A stretch of 63,738 nt of DNA, counting the filler, from Lama guanicoe (Eukaryota): NCBI GenBank assembly GCA_013239625.1. It is 210 parts of 210 records of this genome, joined end to end, with 100 filler letters (N's around TTAATTAATTAA, not from the genome) between each part and the next. Parts side by side here need not be neighbours in the genome. Positions count along the whole stretch, not along the records: positions 24,015 to 24,218 come from PNXV01032775.1; positions 24,319 to 24,522 come from PNXV01032776.1; positions 24,623 to 24,826 come from PNXV01032777.1; positions 24,927 to 25,130 come from PNXV01032778.1; positions 25,231 to 25,434 come from PNXV01032779.1; positions 25,535 to 25,738 come from PNXV01032780.1; positions 25,839 to 26,042 come from PNXV01032781.1; positions 26,143 to 26,346 come from PNXV01032782.1; 202 more parts are not named here. One strand, given 5' to 3'. Made by a program: the position numbers and the translations under genes. Below, one piece after another: positions 23,915 through 35,730 of the stretch. The first letter of the stretch is position 1. Every line of letters starts with the position of its first letter. The notes under the pieces were generated by a model. That model did no database searches and was not told the origin of the DNA. It saw only the letters and a program-made list of their open reading frames with translations.

Positions 23915-24318
23915 NNNNNNNNNNNNNNNNNNNNNNNNNNNNNNNNNNNNNNNNNNNNTTAATTAATTAANNNNNNNNNNNNNNNNNNNNNNNNNNNNNN
24001 NNNNNNNNNNNNNNAAGTTACAGGGTAGGGGTGCTTAAGTCAAGTCCAACCCAGGCCACTCCTCGGCCTGACCATCATCCTTTGGCTGAGGCACACAGCC
24101 CCGAAAAGGTATGGATGGAGAGGGAGCAGATTCTAAATCTGCCCCTCAGCGCAATGCCATTTCACTGTCCTGAAAATAATTAAACAAATCTGTAAACCGT
24201 GTTTCCATTGCATTAGCTNNNNNNNNNNNNNNNNNNNNNNNNNNNNNNNNNNNNNNNNNNNNTTAATTAATTAANNNNNNNNNNNNNNNNNNNNNNNNNN
24301 NNNNNNNNNNNNNNNNNN

Positions 24319-24826
24319 CTGATGTGGAATCTGTAGCCTTTGAATAAGGTGGTGTGGGGTGACCACATCTGGGGTAGAGCTTCAGCTCTAAGAGTAGGGG
24401 CTGGATGGGGAGAGGGAAAACAGGTCCTCTGTGCCACACCTGGCTGGAATGCAGCTTCTGCAACGTGAGACTTGGGGCATGAGGAAAGTAGGCTCCCATC
24501 ATTTGCCTGAGGTGGAGTCCTGNNNNNNNNNNNNNNNNNNNNNNNNNNNNNNNNNNNNNNNNNNNNTTAATTAATTAANNNNNNNNNNNNNNNNNNNNNN
24601 NNNNNNNNNNNNNNNNNNNNNNCTGATGTGGAATCTGTAGCCTTTGAATAAGGTGGTGTGGGGTGACCACACCTGGGGTAGAGCTTCAGCTCTAAAACTA
24701 GGGGCTGGATGGGGAGAGGGAAAACAGGTCCTCTGTGCCACACCTCCCTGGAATGCAGCTTCTGCAACGTGAGACTGGGGGCATGAGGAAAGTAGGCTCC
24801 CATCATTTGCCTGAGGTGGAGTCCTG
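24319..24826. repeat. Near-identical contig pair (24319-24522 and 24623-24826), assembly bubble arms
   Basis: 6 substitutions; first and last 49 bp identical. Confidence 0.95.
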
Positions 24827-24928
24827 NNNNNNNNNNNNNNNNNNNNNNNNNNNNNNNNNNNNNNNNNNNNTTAATTAATTAANNNNNNNNNNNNNNNNNN
24901 NNNNNNNNNNNNNNNNNNNNNNNNNNAA

Positions 24929-25069
24929 GCCGGACGGGAGGCTCTGCGGACATAGCGGAGAGCCCTCTCGCATGGGTTGCGAGCTGTGGCAAAGCAACCA
25001 ACCAGCATGTCTGCGACCACCGTGATGCAAAAGCCGGACAAGTCCCCCATGGACTACAGTGAGAGGCAA
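24929..25069 (+). mobile_element. gag: Class I (gamma-like, ERV1) gag capsid fragment, defective
   Basis: AGREALRT*RRALSHGLRAVAKQPTSMSATTVMQKPDKSPMDYSER resembles p30 'GRE.L..YRQ.LL.GL..AA..PTN.....V.Q..DESP..F.ERL' (major homology region); in-frame TAG at the conserved Tyr. Confidence 0.8.
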
Positions 25070-25671
25070 TTTGGGAGCCCACAGACCTGCCAATCATCCA
25101 CTGTAATGGACACCATAAAGGGAAGTGACCNNNNNNNNNNNNNNNNNNNNNNNNNNNNNNNNNNNNNNNNNNNNTTAATTAATTAANNNNNNNNNNNNNN
25201 NNNNNNNNNNNNNNNNNNNNNNNNNNNNNNTGCGTTTTTCTGTCCACATCCAGCAGCCCGGGTGCAGGCTCAGAGAAGAAGGTAGCGCTCACCCAGTGCT
25301 GAGGTCTTGTCTGCTGAGTGAGATGGAGGGAGTGAAGGGCAGAGGTTTTTGTAGGGGAAAGATAATAGTAAGGGCATGCTGGGATCTACACTGCTGGCAG
25401 GAGGGAAAGGGCTGACCTAATGAAAAAGGGAGGGNNNNNNNNNNNNNNNNNNNNNNNNNNNNNNNNNNNNNNNNNNNNTTAATTAATTAANNNNNNNNNN
25501 NNNNNNNNNNNNNNNNNNNNNNNNNNNNNNNNNNCTCCCTCCCCCATCCTCCTCAACAAATCCCATCTCATAACTAAAACCACAGGCGTCCGGTCAACCA
25601 TCCTTTCCAGCAAACACGTGCAGAGTCGGAGGGGGTCTGGTGTGGGCAGGGACTCTGGGTACCCTCTCCTG

Positions 25672-25732
25672 CACCCAGCACAGGGCCTGGCATACAGCAG
25701 GTGCTCAACAGTTGTTGAATGTGTGAACGAAC
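25672..25732 (+). mobile_element. L2 3' end
   Basis: 'cccagcacagggcctggcatacagcaggtgctcaacagttgttgaatg'; a similar L2 end lies at about 39320-39390. Confidence 0.75.
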
Positions 25733-25838
25733 ATGGGCNNNNNNNNNNNNNNNNNNNNNNNNNNNNNNNNNNNNNNNNNNNNTTAATTAATTAANNNNNN
25801 NNNNNNNNNNNNNNNNNNNNNNNNNNNNNNNNNNNNNN

Positions 25839-26042
25839 GAAGGAATTTAATGTCAGGATTTTTAAAGCCTTATATTATATAGTTTAAGAATTATTTTGTA
25901 TTGTCCCTCTTACAGGGAAATAGTGCAATTTTAAGTTTAATTTTAAAGGGACAAGAATTAATTCACATATTGGTTGTTTGTTTTTATGTACATTCTTTTG
26001 TTCTCTAGTTAAATGAAGGTAATATTCTGCTTATTGAGGAAC
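25839..26042. repeat. Near-identical to contig 28271-28474 (bubble arm)
   Basis: 6 substitutions; 49-bp identical ends. Confidence 0.95.
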
Positions 26043-26446
26043 NNNNNNNNNNNNNNNNNNNNNNNNNNNNNNNNNNNNNNNNNNNNTTAATTAATTAANN
26101 NNNNNNNNNNNNNNNNNNNNNNNNNNNNNNNNNNNNNNNNNNGGGGCCCTGAGTGTGCTGACCGTTAGGGAGGCTGCTCTCCTGGTCCTTGTGGTGGCCT
26201 TTGCCTTCCTCATTGGATCCCTGGGGTCCGTCTCTGACCTTGAGCTGGGGCTGGCCCGTTCTGGCCGTGATGGTTTATCGCTCAGCCTCGAAGGTCGGGA
26301 GTGAAAGGACTCATCGTGGTCCCCGCAGGCCAGCTGCCCCGACCCTNNNNNNNNNNNNNNNNNNNNNNNNNNNNNNNNNNNNNNNNNNNNTTAATTAATT
26401 AANNNNNNNNNNNNNNNNNNNNNNNNNNNNNNNNNNNNNNNNNNNN

Positions 26447-26650
26447 TAGTCCATTTGTGGCCTTACTCTTCCTGTTGTTATTTTTTAGATTTCTCGTATG
26501 AGTGATGGCATATGGCGTGTTTCTTTCTCTTTCTGGCCCACTTCATTTAGAATGACAATCTTCAGACCCATCTGGATTGCTGCAAATGGTATTATTTTCT
26601 CCTTTTCGTATGGCTGAGTAGTGTTCCATTGTATATACGTACCACATCTT
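26447..26650 (-). mobile_element. L1 ORF2 end / 3'UTR fragment
   Basis: 'ttttttagatttc...ttgctgcaaatggtattatt...tggctgagtagtgttccattgtatatacgtaccacatctt'. Confidence 0.9.
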
Positions 26651-27358
26651 NNNNNNNNNNNNNNNNNNNNNNNNNNNNNNNNNNNNNNNNNNNNTTAATT
26701 AATTAANNNNNNNNNNNNNNNNNNNNNNNNNNNNNNNNNNNNNNNNNNNNCCAAGTGAAATTTTAAATCTAAATAAGAGTTGGCCAAGTGATGGTTGCAA
26801 GGGAAGGTGGAATTTTCCAAGTCAAGAAAAGGATAAGCGTGGATGTTGGGAGGCGGGCAAAGCATGGCTCTGGAGGAACTGAAAATGTTCAGGATTGCTG
26901 AAGCACAGGATGGATGACCCTGCAGAAGGATAAGCAGCAGAGAATAAAGTGTGANNNNNNNNNNNNNNNNNNNNNNNNNNNNNNNNNNNNNNNNNNNNTT
27001 AATTAATTAANNNNNNNNNNNNNNNNNNNNNNNNNNNNNNNNNNNNNNNNNNNNTGGACGTTGACAAAACCTGCCCTCCTTTTTATAAAACCTCCTTTCC
27101 CACAAGGTGAGGCCACTTCCCTGGTCTCACCTGCAGTTACTCCTGGGGCAGGTGCACCTAGGACAGGTCCACAGCCGGAATGGCCACTGCTTCAGAAGCA
27201 GGTCACCTCCGGCCTTTTTTCTAGTGCTCACCTGTCCCCCGTAAGCCGAGACTGCCTTNNNNNNNNNNNNNNNNNNNNNNNNNNNNNNNNNNNNNNNNNN
27301 NNTTAATTAATTAANNNNNNNNNNNNNNNNNNNNNNNNNNNNNNNNNNNNNNNNNNNN

Positions 27359-27562
27359 AGGCAGACCATCCCCCCCGGAAGCATTAGGGTAGCATAAGGC
27401 TCGGGTGCCAGAGGTGAAGGGTTGTAATTTAGTTCACTTATGCATTTGTTATGAGAACTCTGACAAGCTTCAGTGCTACAAGTAAGCTTGGCAACACAAA
27501 GAAATGCTGTGAAAAACACTGCACAAAAAGAATCGATCCTCTCTTCTTATTCTGAGATACAA
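27359..27562. repeat. Reverse-complement near-identical to contig 56543-56746 (bubble arm)
   Basis: 5 substitutions; 49-bp identical ends. Confidence 0.95.
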
Positions 27563-28911
27563 NNNNNNNNNNNNNNNNNNNNNNNNNNNNNNNNNNNNNN
27601 NNNNNNTTAATTAATTAANNNNNNNNNNNNNNNNNNNNNNNNNNNNNNNNNNNNNNNNNNNNAACAATATGAGTTTTTAAGAAACTAACACCACCAACTT
27701 TGCTAATGTTGGATGTGGAGGAACGTGAGTGCATCTGAACTGTATAAACAGCAAGTAGCACAGGAAACACCTAAAACACCCCAATTGGCGGCACCGGAGC
27801 CTGGTGCACACGGCCCGTGGGCCTCACCTCCGCTCACGGACCAGCCTGGCCACCCACGCCCTTACCNNNNNNNNNNNNNNNNNNNNNNNNNNNNNNNNNN
27901 NNNNNNNNNNTTAATTAATTAANNNNNNNNNNNNNNNNNNNNNNNNNNNNNNNNNNNNNNNNNNNNGCCTGGCACCCTGGCAAGACAGGACAGCCACTGG
28001 GGTTCTGTGTGGCATCTGGTGTGAATTCAGAGAAAAACCAGCCCCAGTGAACATGGCTTGCGTGCCAGGAAAAATTCTCGACGTGCCCTTGGGTGAGCCG
28101 AGCATCCCTGAGGCGGGCAGGGTAGAGCCTCGTTCAGTGCCAGGCCAGGTCCCTTCGTCTGTCCGTCTTCNNNNNNNNNNNNNNNNNNNNNNNNNNNNNN
28201 NNNNNNNNNNNNNNTTAATTAATTAANNNNNNNNNNNNNNNNNNNNNNNNNNNNNNNNNNNNNNNNNNNNGAAGGAATTTAATGTCAGGATTTTTAAAGC
28301 CTTATATTATATAGTTTAAAAATTATTTTGTATTGTCCCTCTTACAGGGAAATAATGCAATTTTAAGTTTAATATTAAAGGGACAAGAATTAATTCACAT
28401 ACTGGTTGTTTGTTTTTATATACACTCTTTTGTTCTCTAGTTAAATGAAGGTAATATTCTGCTTATTGAGGAACNNNNNNNNNNNNNNNNNNNNNNNNNN
28501 NNNNNNNNNNNNNNNNNNTTAATTAATTAANNNNNNNNNNNNNNNNNNNNNNNNNNNNNNNNNNNNNNNNNNNNCTTGAGTTAAGTTCTTTCATATTATT
28601 TAGTTCCATAGATTTTCAGGGAGACAGACAGCAGAAACTGTGACCTTCAGAGATGTGTAGAGTCAGCCTGGCTCCTAAGGAGACCCGGTGAGGATTACAG
28701 AGCCAGCCCCTCCAGGGCCAGACTCAGCCCCGCAGTAGTCGGGGAAGGGGGCTCCTCCTAGTGGCAACACTGGCAGGTNNNNNNNNNNNNNNNNNNNNNN
28801 NNNNNNNNNNNNNNNNNNNNNNTTAATTAATTAANNNNNNNNNNNNNNNNNNNNNNNNNNNNNNNNNNNNNNNNNNNNAGTTTTCTTAAACATTAAAACA
28901 ATTTCTTTATA

Positions 28912-28991
28912 GGGGAGGTAATTAGATATATTGATTTGTTTTATTTTTCTTGCTAAGCATGCACTCTATTGCTTGATATACCCCCTAACCC
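28912..28991 (-). mobile_element. Internally deleted tRNA-derived SINE, Vic-1-like (camelid), adjacent to an L1M fragment
   Basis: Minus strand reads GGG.TA.GGGGTATATCAAGCAATAGAGTGCATGCTTAGCA ... AATAAA.CAAAT..ATAT.TCTAATTACCTCCCC, matching the recalled Vic-1 head (GTAGAGTGCATGCTTAGCA) and tail (CTAATTACCTCCCC). Confidence 0.7.
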
Positions 28992-29182
28992 TGTAACTTC
29001 ACTTTCTTGATGATGTCCTTTGAAAGAAAAAGTTTTTAATTTTGATGAAGTCCAGTTTATCTGTCTTTATCTTCTGTCACTTNNNNNNNNNNNNNNNNNN
29101 NNNNNNNNNNNNNNNNNNNNNNNNNNTTAATTAATTAANNNNNNNNNNNNNNNNNNNNNNNNNNNNNNNNNNNNNNNNNNNN

Positions 29183-29386
29183 AGTCCATCTGCATTCCTT
29201 GGCTTATGGCCCCCTTCCTCCATCTTCAAACATCGCATCTCATCTCTCTGAAGTTTCTTTATCATCACATCTTTCTCTCTCTCTCTGTCTCTCTCTGGAA
29301 AGGTCTCTTGATTTAAAGAATTTATGTGGTTACATTAGATCCACCCAGATAATCCAGGGTAATTTTCCCATTTCAGAGTCCCTAGC
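29183..29386 (-). mobile_element. MaLR LTR fragment (MLT1C-E-like)
   Basis: 'cattccttggcttatggccccc..ctccatcttcaaa...tggttacattagatccacccagataatccagggtaat'. Confidence 0.85.
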
Positions 29387-31006
29387 NNNNNNNNNNNNNN
29401 NNNNNNNNNNNNNNNNNNNNNNNNNNNNNNTTAATTAATTAANNNNNNNNNNNNNNNNNNNNNNNNNNNNNNNNNNNNNNNNNNNNTTTCATTTTATTAG
29501 TATGAATTCCAATTTTAATTGATGTTATGATAGAACATTGAATATCTGAATTCTTTTATAATAATGTTTAAATTTCTACTGTGTATAGGTTTTTTCTTAA
29601 AAGATGAAGGTTAAACATAGAGGAATTTGTTTTATCTTTTAGATGACTATTAGCTTGAAATGACTTTCTTTGAAGAATACTGATATTTTTNNNNNNNNNN
29701 NNNNNNNNNNNNNNNNNNNNNNNNNNNNNNNNNNTTAATTAATTAANNNNNNNNNNNNNNNNNNNNNNNNNNNNNNNNNNNNNNNNNNNNGGAAGTAATG
29801 GAAAGCAAGAGGCTGGCATAATCCAGGAACTATTTTTCTAGTCACTGAGAGTTGCCTATATAAGAAAATGAATAATTCTTTCCCTTTTTGTGAAGCTGTG
29901 GCTTTTTCAGCTGGTCAAAGCTGCAAGCGTTCAGTTCACACTTGCTGAAGGGACACTTTCTGAACTTCTTCCTCCTACTGAACTTCTTCCTCCCNNNNNN
30001 NNNNNNNNNNNNNNNNNNNNNNNNNNNNNNNNNNNNNNTTAATTAATTAANNNNNNNNNNNNNNNNNNNNNNNNNNNNNNNNNNNNNNNNNNNNCTGGAA
30101 GCTCTGATTCTGGAGTCTGATCTCATGTGTGTGAGCAGGGTGTTGGGCCTGAAAGAGTGCGATGCTATGGGTTTAGCACCACCCACTGGGGACTCAGAAT
30201 CCCTGACCATAAAATTTTGACGCCTCTGCTGCATTGAAGGAACTGTGCTGGCTACAGGAGAAGATTGGGGTTGAGGCAGGAGATGAGGGTGTGAGATGNN
30301 NNNNNNNNNNNNNNNNNNNNNNNNNNNNNNNNNNNNNNNNNNTTAATTAATTAANNNNNNNNNNNNNNNNNNNNNNNNNNNNNNNNNNNNNNNNNNNNAC
30401 CACCTGCCCTCACCCAGCACCAGTTGCTCCACTGTTCTGTCCTGCTGTCTGCTCCACCTTAGGTAATCACTCTGTACGTTGGCTCTGGGAAGACCGCAGA
30501 ACCACCCCGCCCCTGCTCCATTCCAAACGTCAGCTCCTTGTTTGTCTTGACAGCGCGAGTTATCTGAGGTACTAAGGCAGAAGTATCTTATCTGCCTTGG
30601 GCNNNNNNNNNNNNNNNNNNNNNNNNNNNNNNNNNNNNNNNNNNNNTTAATTAATTAANNNNNNNNNNNNNNNNNNNNNNNNNNNNNNNNNNNNNNNNNN
30701 NNATACAGAATAGCAGACAGATCGGAAATATCCAGCTTGATGAATTTTCCCGAAGTGACAAATCCGGGTAATCGGCACCCCGAAAGTCCCTATGTGCCCC
30801 CTCCCAGTCATTCTTCTTTCGCCCAGGTAACCACTGTCCTAGACTGGCGTGATCCGTTTTATTGACATTTTAAAACCTACGATTAAGAGATGATAATCAG
30901 AGGTACNNNNNNNNNNNNNNNNNNNNNNNNNNNNNNNNNNNNNNNNNNNNTTAATTAATTAANNNNNNNNNNNNNNNNNNNNNNNNNNNNNNNNNNNNNN
31001 NNNNNN

Positions 31007-31210
31007 TTTTTCCTTTTTGCCCCTTTGAATAATTTCAATTACCTGTCTTCGAGTTCGCTGATTGTTTCTGGTGCTCTTTCTGCTGTTGAACTCGACTGAA
31101 TTTTTCAGCTCTGGTATTGTATTCTTCAGCTCCAAGATTTCGGCCTGGTTATTCTGTCTCGTTGAAATTCTCACTTTGCTCACACATTGTTCCCCTGAGC
31201 TCATTGAGCA
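31007..31210 (-). mobile_element. L1 ORF1 coiled-coil fragment (degenerate)
   Basis: Minus frame NNQAEILELKNTIPELKNSVEFNSR is typical of L1 ORF1p. Confidence 0.85.
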
Positions 31211-31614
31211 NNNNNNNNNNNNNNNNNNNNNNNNNNNNNNNNNNNNNNNNNNNNTTAATTAATTAANNNNNNNNNNNNNNNNNNNNNNNNNNNNNNNNNN
31301 NNNNNNNNNNTTCTCATCTCTTGCTACTGTGGCCCTCTTCTCTCTTGCTTGAATTTGGCTGTGTTGCTTTTCAGGCCTGTGGCACGGCTGTCATGACGCA
31401 CTCACTCTCCTTTCCCCTCCTATGAATTTTCTCCAGCTTTCTTCTGAGTTGGATTCCCTGCGTACTGAATCCCATGAGTTCCTCTTTTTATTTCCTCCAT
31501 GGGGCTAGGGGTGGNNNNNNNNNNNNNNNNNNNNNNNNNNNNNNNNNNNNNNNNNNNNTTAATTAATTAANNNNNNNNNNNNNNNNNNNNNNNNNNNNNN
31601 NNNNNNNNNNNNNN

Positions 31615-31818
31615 GACATGGAAACGACCTAAATGTCCATTGATAGATGACTGGATAAAGAAGTTGTGGCACATTTATACAATGGAATGCTACTCAGCCA
31701 TAAACAAAAATAAAGTAATGCATTTGCAGCAACATGGATGGACCTGGAGATTGTCATTATAAGTAAAGCAAGCCAGAAAAAGAAAGAAAAATACCATATG
31801 ATACCACTCATATGTGGA
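31615..31818 (+). mobile_element. L1 ORF2 C-terminal fragment
   Basis: TWKRPKCPLIDDWIKKLWHIYTMECYSA...FAATWMDLEIVII...KYHMIPLICG with a frameshift. Confidence 0.95.
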
Positions 31819-31918
31819 NNNNNNNNNNNNNNNNNNNNNNNNNNNNNNNNNNNNNNNNNNNNTTAATTAATTAANNNNNNNNNNNNNNNNNNNNNNNNNN
31901 NNNNNNNNNNNNNNNNNN

Positions 31919-32122
31919 GGAATTAAAGTTGCAGATGGAATTAAGGTTGCTAATCAGCTGACCTTAAGGTAAAAGGAGTATCCTGGATTATGCAGGTGGA
32001 CCCAATGTCATCAGCAAGGTCCTTTATAATGGGAGAGGGAGGTGGCAGAGAAGAGCAGAGTGATGCCAGGCGAGGAGGACTCAATCCACCCTTGCTGGCT
32101 TTGAAGACAGAGTAAAAGGGCC
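31919..32122 (+). mobile_element. MaLR LTR fragment (MLT1D/E-like)
   Basis: 'gcagatggaattaaggttgctaatcagctgacctt...tatcctggattat..aggtggacccaatgt...ttgctggctttgaagac'. Confidence 0.88.
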
Positions 32123-34046
32123 NNNNNNNNNNNNNNNNNNNNNNNNNNNNNNNNNNNNNNNNNNNNTTAATTAATTAANNNNNNNNNNNNNNNNNNNNNN
32201 NNNNNNNNNNNNNNNNNNNNNNTTAGACCTGCTTTATGTAAATAAAAAGGCAAATCAGTTTTGCTAGCAGATATGTCCACAATATTTTCACAACATTCTC
32301 CCAAACTACCCTGAGATATGATGTTTGAAAGGATAAGTGGCTGCTGTGAATCACAGCACATGAAGCATCACATTGGTGCACCGAGCTCCGACTTTCCATG
32401 TAGGACAAGGGATTTTTATCTTTTGANNNNNNNNNNNNNNNNNNNNNNNNNNNNNNNNNNNNNNNNNNNNTTAATTAATTAANNNNNNNNNNNNNNNNNN
32501 NNNNNNNNNNNNNNNNNNNNNNNNNNAGAAGTCCTTTCAGTATTAGCCATAGGTGCTACCTGCCTCTTGGGGACATGGCCCTTTTTGTCCTTAGCATTAT
32601 AATAAACCTTTAGAATTCTGTGTCCAAAGAGCTCCTTTATGACAATGGCCATCTCAGTCACAGATGTGAAGTAGATTTTACCTTATCACCAACCACTCCT
32701 ATATTTAGACTCCTCTAAGTGTCCATATGCNNNNNNNNNNNNNNNNNNNNNNNNNNNNNNNNNNNNNNNNNNNNTTAATTAATTAANNNNNNNNNNNNNN
32801 NNNNNNNNNNNNNNNNNNNNNNNNNNNNNNCTGCATATGAAAAGATGCTCAACTTCACTAGTTATTAGATAAATGCAAAGCCAACCAACAATGTATTGAA
32901 AAATCCAAAGTAATCAAAAGCAGAGCATATGACAGCAAACCTTCTGTGTCCATCTGCTACAAGGATCATGAGCTCCTGTCACTCTTGTCGGACAAATACT
33001 CAACATCCCTGCCCCTAAGCAATTCTGGATTTGGNNNNNNNNNNNNNNNNNNNNNNNNNNNNNNNNNNNNNNNNNNNNTTAATTAATTAANNNNNNNNNN
33101 NNNNNNNNNNNNNNNNNNNNNNNNNNNNNNNNNNCTTAGGAGTCCTCAGACCCAGAAGTGTTGACCTGGGCCGGCCCTGTTATAGCTCATCACCAAGCCA
33201 CCTGCTCTTGAACCTGCCCCCCTCCCAGCTGTGCAGCCCCGGGAGATGCTGTCTCTCCTGGGCTCAGCCTGATGGCACAGGGGTCTTTGTTATCCTCCAA
33301 GCATCAGTCTAAGAAAGTCAGCAGTCTTGTTTTCCATCNNNNNNNNNNNNNNNNNNNNNNNNNNNNNNNNNNNNNNNNNNNNTTAATTAATTAANNNNNN
33401 NNNNNNNNNNNNNNNNNNNNNNNNNNNNNNNNNNNNNNAACTGAGACTCTAACAGTGTAGTCGTCATGATGATAATTACGCGGTTTTGATAATGGGGGTG
33501 GTGGTGATGATGGCGACCATAATGATACTAGATTTTTATTGATCTTTTACTGTTTTCAAGGCACCATATTATTAGGTGCAGTCTTAACTTAGTTCTTACA
33601 ACAATGTAAGAAAGTTGGTTATTAGTGTCCCCACTTCAGAAGNNNNNNNNNNNNNNNNNNNNNNNNNNNNNNNNNNNNNNNNNNNNTTAATTAATTAANN
33701 NNNNNNNNNNNNNNNNNNNNNNNNNNNNNNNNNNNNNNNNNNAAAAGGCCATTGACAAACGCCAGCCGCAGCCACTGACCTGCATCTAATTTTGCTACTC
33801 ACGTAAACACAAGTTTTATCCCCACCTGTGGACAACATTCCCAGCTCATCCCACCCCGCCTCCTCCCATTCCCATCCCCACTCCCAGCCGAGAAATTGCT
33901 TTTGTTTGTCACTTACAATTGCTGTATTTAGGACTGTCTACACAGCNNNNNNNNNNNNNNNNNNNNNNNNNNNNNNNNNNNNNNNNNNNNTTAATTAATT
34001 AANNNNNNNNNNNNNNNNNNNNNNNNNNNNNNNNNNNNNNNNNNNN

Positions 34047-34230
34047 ATGTGAATTTAATTTTAATAATATATTTTATGTAACTCACTTAGTCAAGGTATC
34101 TTTTCAAATCCTTTAAATACTTTTCAATCACTTCAATCCACATAAAGTCATTAAGAATATTTTCATAATTTTCATTCTAAGTCATTGAAATGTGGTGTCA
34201 GTTTTACCCCTATAGCACATCTCTATTTGA
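34047..34230. mobile_element. MER3/MER33-like hAT MITE fragment
   Basis: 'gtgaatttaattttaataatatattttat...ctaagtcattgaaatgtggtgt..ttttaccc.tatagcacatctc'. Confidence 0.6.
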
Positions 34231-35566
34231 ACGCTGAAATGTAATTGCAANNNNNNNNNNNNNNNNNNNNNNNNNNNNNNNNNNNNNNNNNNNNTTAATT
34301 AATTAANNNNNNNNNNNNNNNNNNNNNNNNNNNNNNNNNNNNNNNNNNNNGGCCCTGTTTGGCTGGCCCATAGTGCACATGTGTGCAGGTACCATGAGCA
34401 TAATTCAAGGGGATCTCTCACCCTGGCCACCTCATTTGGGAAGAGTATAGATAAATATCCCTGCTGACAGTGACAGTCATGTGCCTTGCCCAGGGACACA
34501 AGCCACCAAACCTCAGTTGTCTCACCTGGAGAAAGGAAGTACTGGGAATGCCGCNNNNNNNNNNNNNNNNNNNNNNNNNNNNNNNNNNNNNNNNNNNNTT
34601 AATTAATTAANNNNNNNNNNNNNNNNNNNNNNNNNNNNNNNNNNNNNNNNNNNNCTGCCAACTAAAAATAGAATTTCTTCTCAAGACCCAAAGCCATAAA
34701 GCTTTTAGGTGACCACATGAACTTGAAAGCATTTGCATTTCTTATGGCTCTTATGTGAGTGAATATGTGGCCTATTGAATATTGAATATGAAGATCAAGA
34801 AAGATGCAAAAAAATCTGATGATGGGTAAAGAAAGATGAAGGTATAAGGGAAAGATGTNNNNNNNNNNNNNNNNNNNNNNNNNNNNNNNNNNNNNNNNNN
34901 NNTTAATTAATTAANNNNNNNNNNNNNNNNNNNNNNNNNNNNNNNNNNNNNNNNNNNNCCCAAGGGAACTGCTCCATCCAAAATAATTCCCGTGGTCTCT
35001 GATTCACATCACCAACTAGAAATGAGTTACTATTCGAAGACTACAGACACCTCAAAGGCAGCATAGTACTGAAAGGTCTTTCCACAATCTGGGCACCTTG
35101 GTGTCTAATAATTAGCCTCCCCAGGGCCCCACGATGGCACTCAACCTAAGCAACCCTCCAAGNNNNNNNNNNNNNNNNNNNNNNNNNNNNNNNNNNNNNN
35201 NNNNNNTTAATTAATTAANNNNNNNNNNNNNNNNNNNNNNNNNNNNNNNNNNNNNNNNNNNNATGATTACCCCTCTTATAGAGAAAAAAAATGGCCAAAG
35301 TCATGCCCCATATCCCACGATGACACCATGGTGATCAGGTGCTTCACAGTGAGCCAAACTGTTACCGCTGCTACTGCTCCTGCTTCTGGACCCTGACGGT
35401 GGCTCTTTGTGCTGCCACCCTCACCTAAATGGACTCTAAAATGTTCGTGTGTTCTTGATTTTTGGCNNNNNNNNNNNNNNNNNNNNNNNNNNNNNNNNNN
35501 NNNNNNNNNNTTAATTAATTAANNNNNNNNNNNNNNNNNNNNNNNNNNNNNNNNNNNNNNNNNNNN

Positions 35567-35730
35567 GAGCTCATCTATGTTGTGGCATGTGTCAGAATTT
35601 TCTTCCTTTTTAAGGCTGAATAATATTTCATAATACAACCCCCCATTTTGTTTATCTATTCATCCATCAGTGGGCACTTGAGTTGCCTTTATCTTTTGGC
35701 TGTTGTGAATAATGCTGCACTGAACATGGG
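35567..35730 (-). mobile_element. L1MB 3' fragment
   Basis: 'catctatgttgtggcatgtgtcagaattttcttcctttttaaggctgaataatatttca...ttggctgttgtgaataatgctgc'. Confidence 0.9.

Noticed and set aside
24319..24826. Tandem gene duplication encoding a 79-aa protein
   Set aside because: Adjacency is due to concatenation, the pair has bubble-arm geometry, and the peptide is unrecognised.
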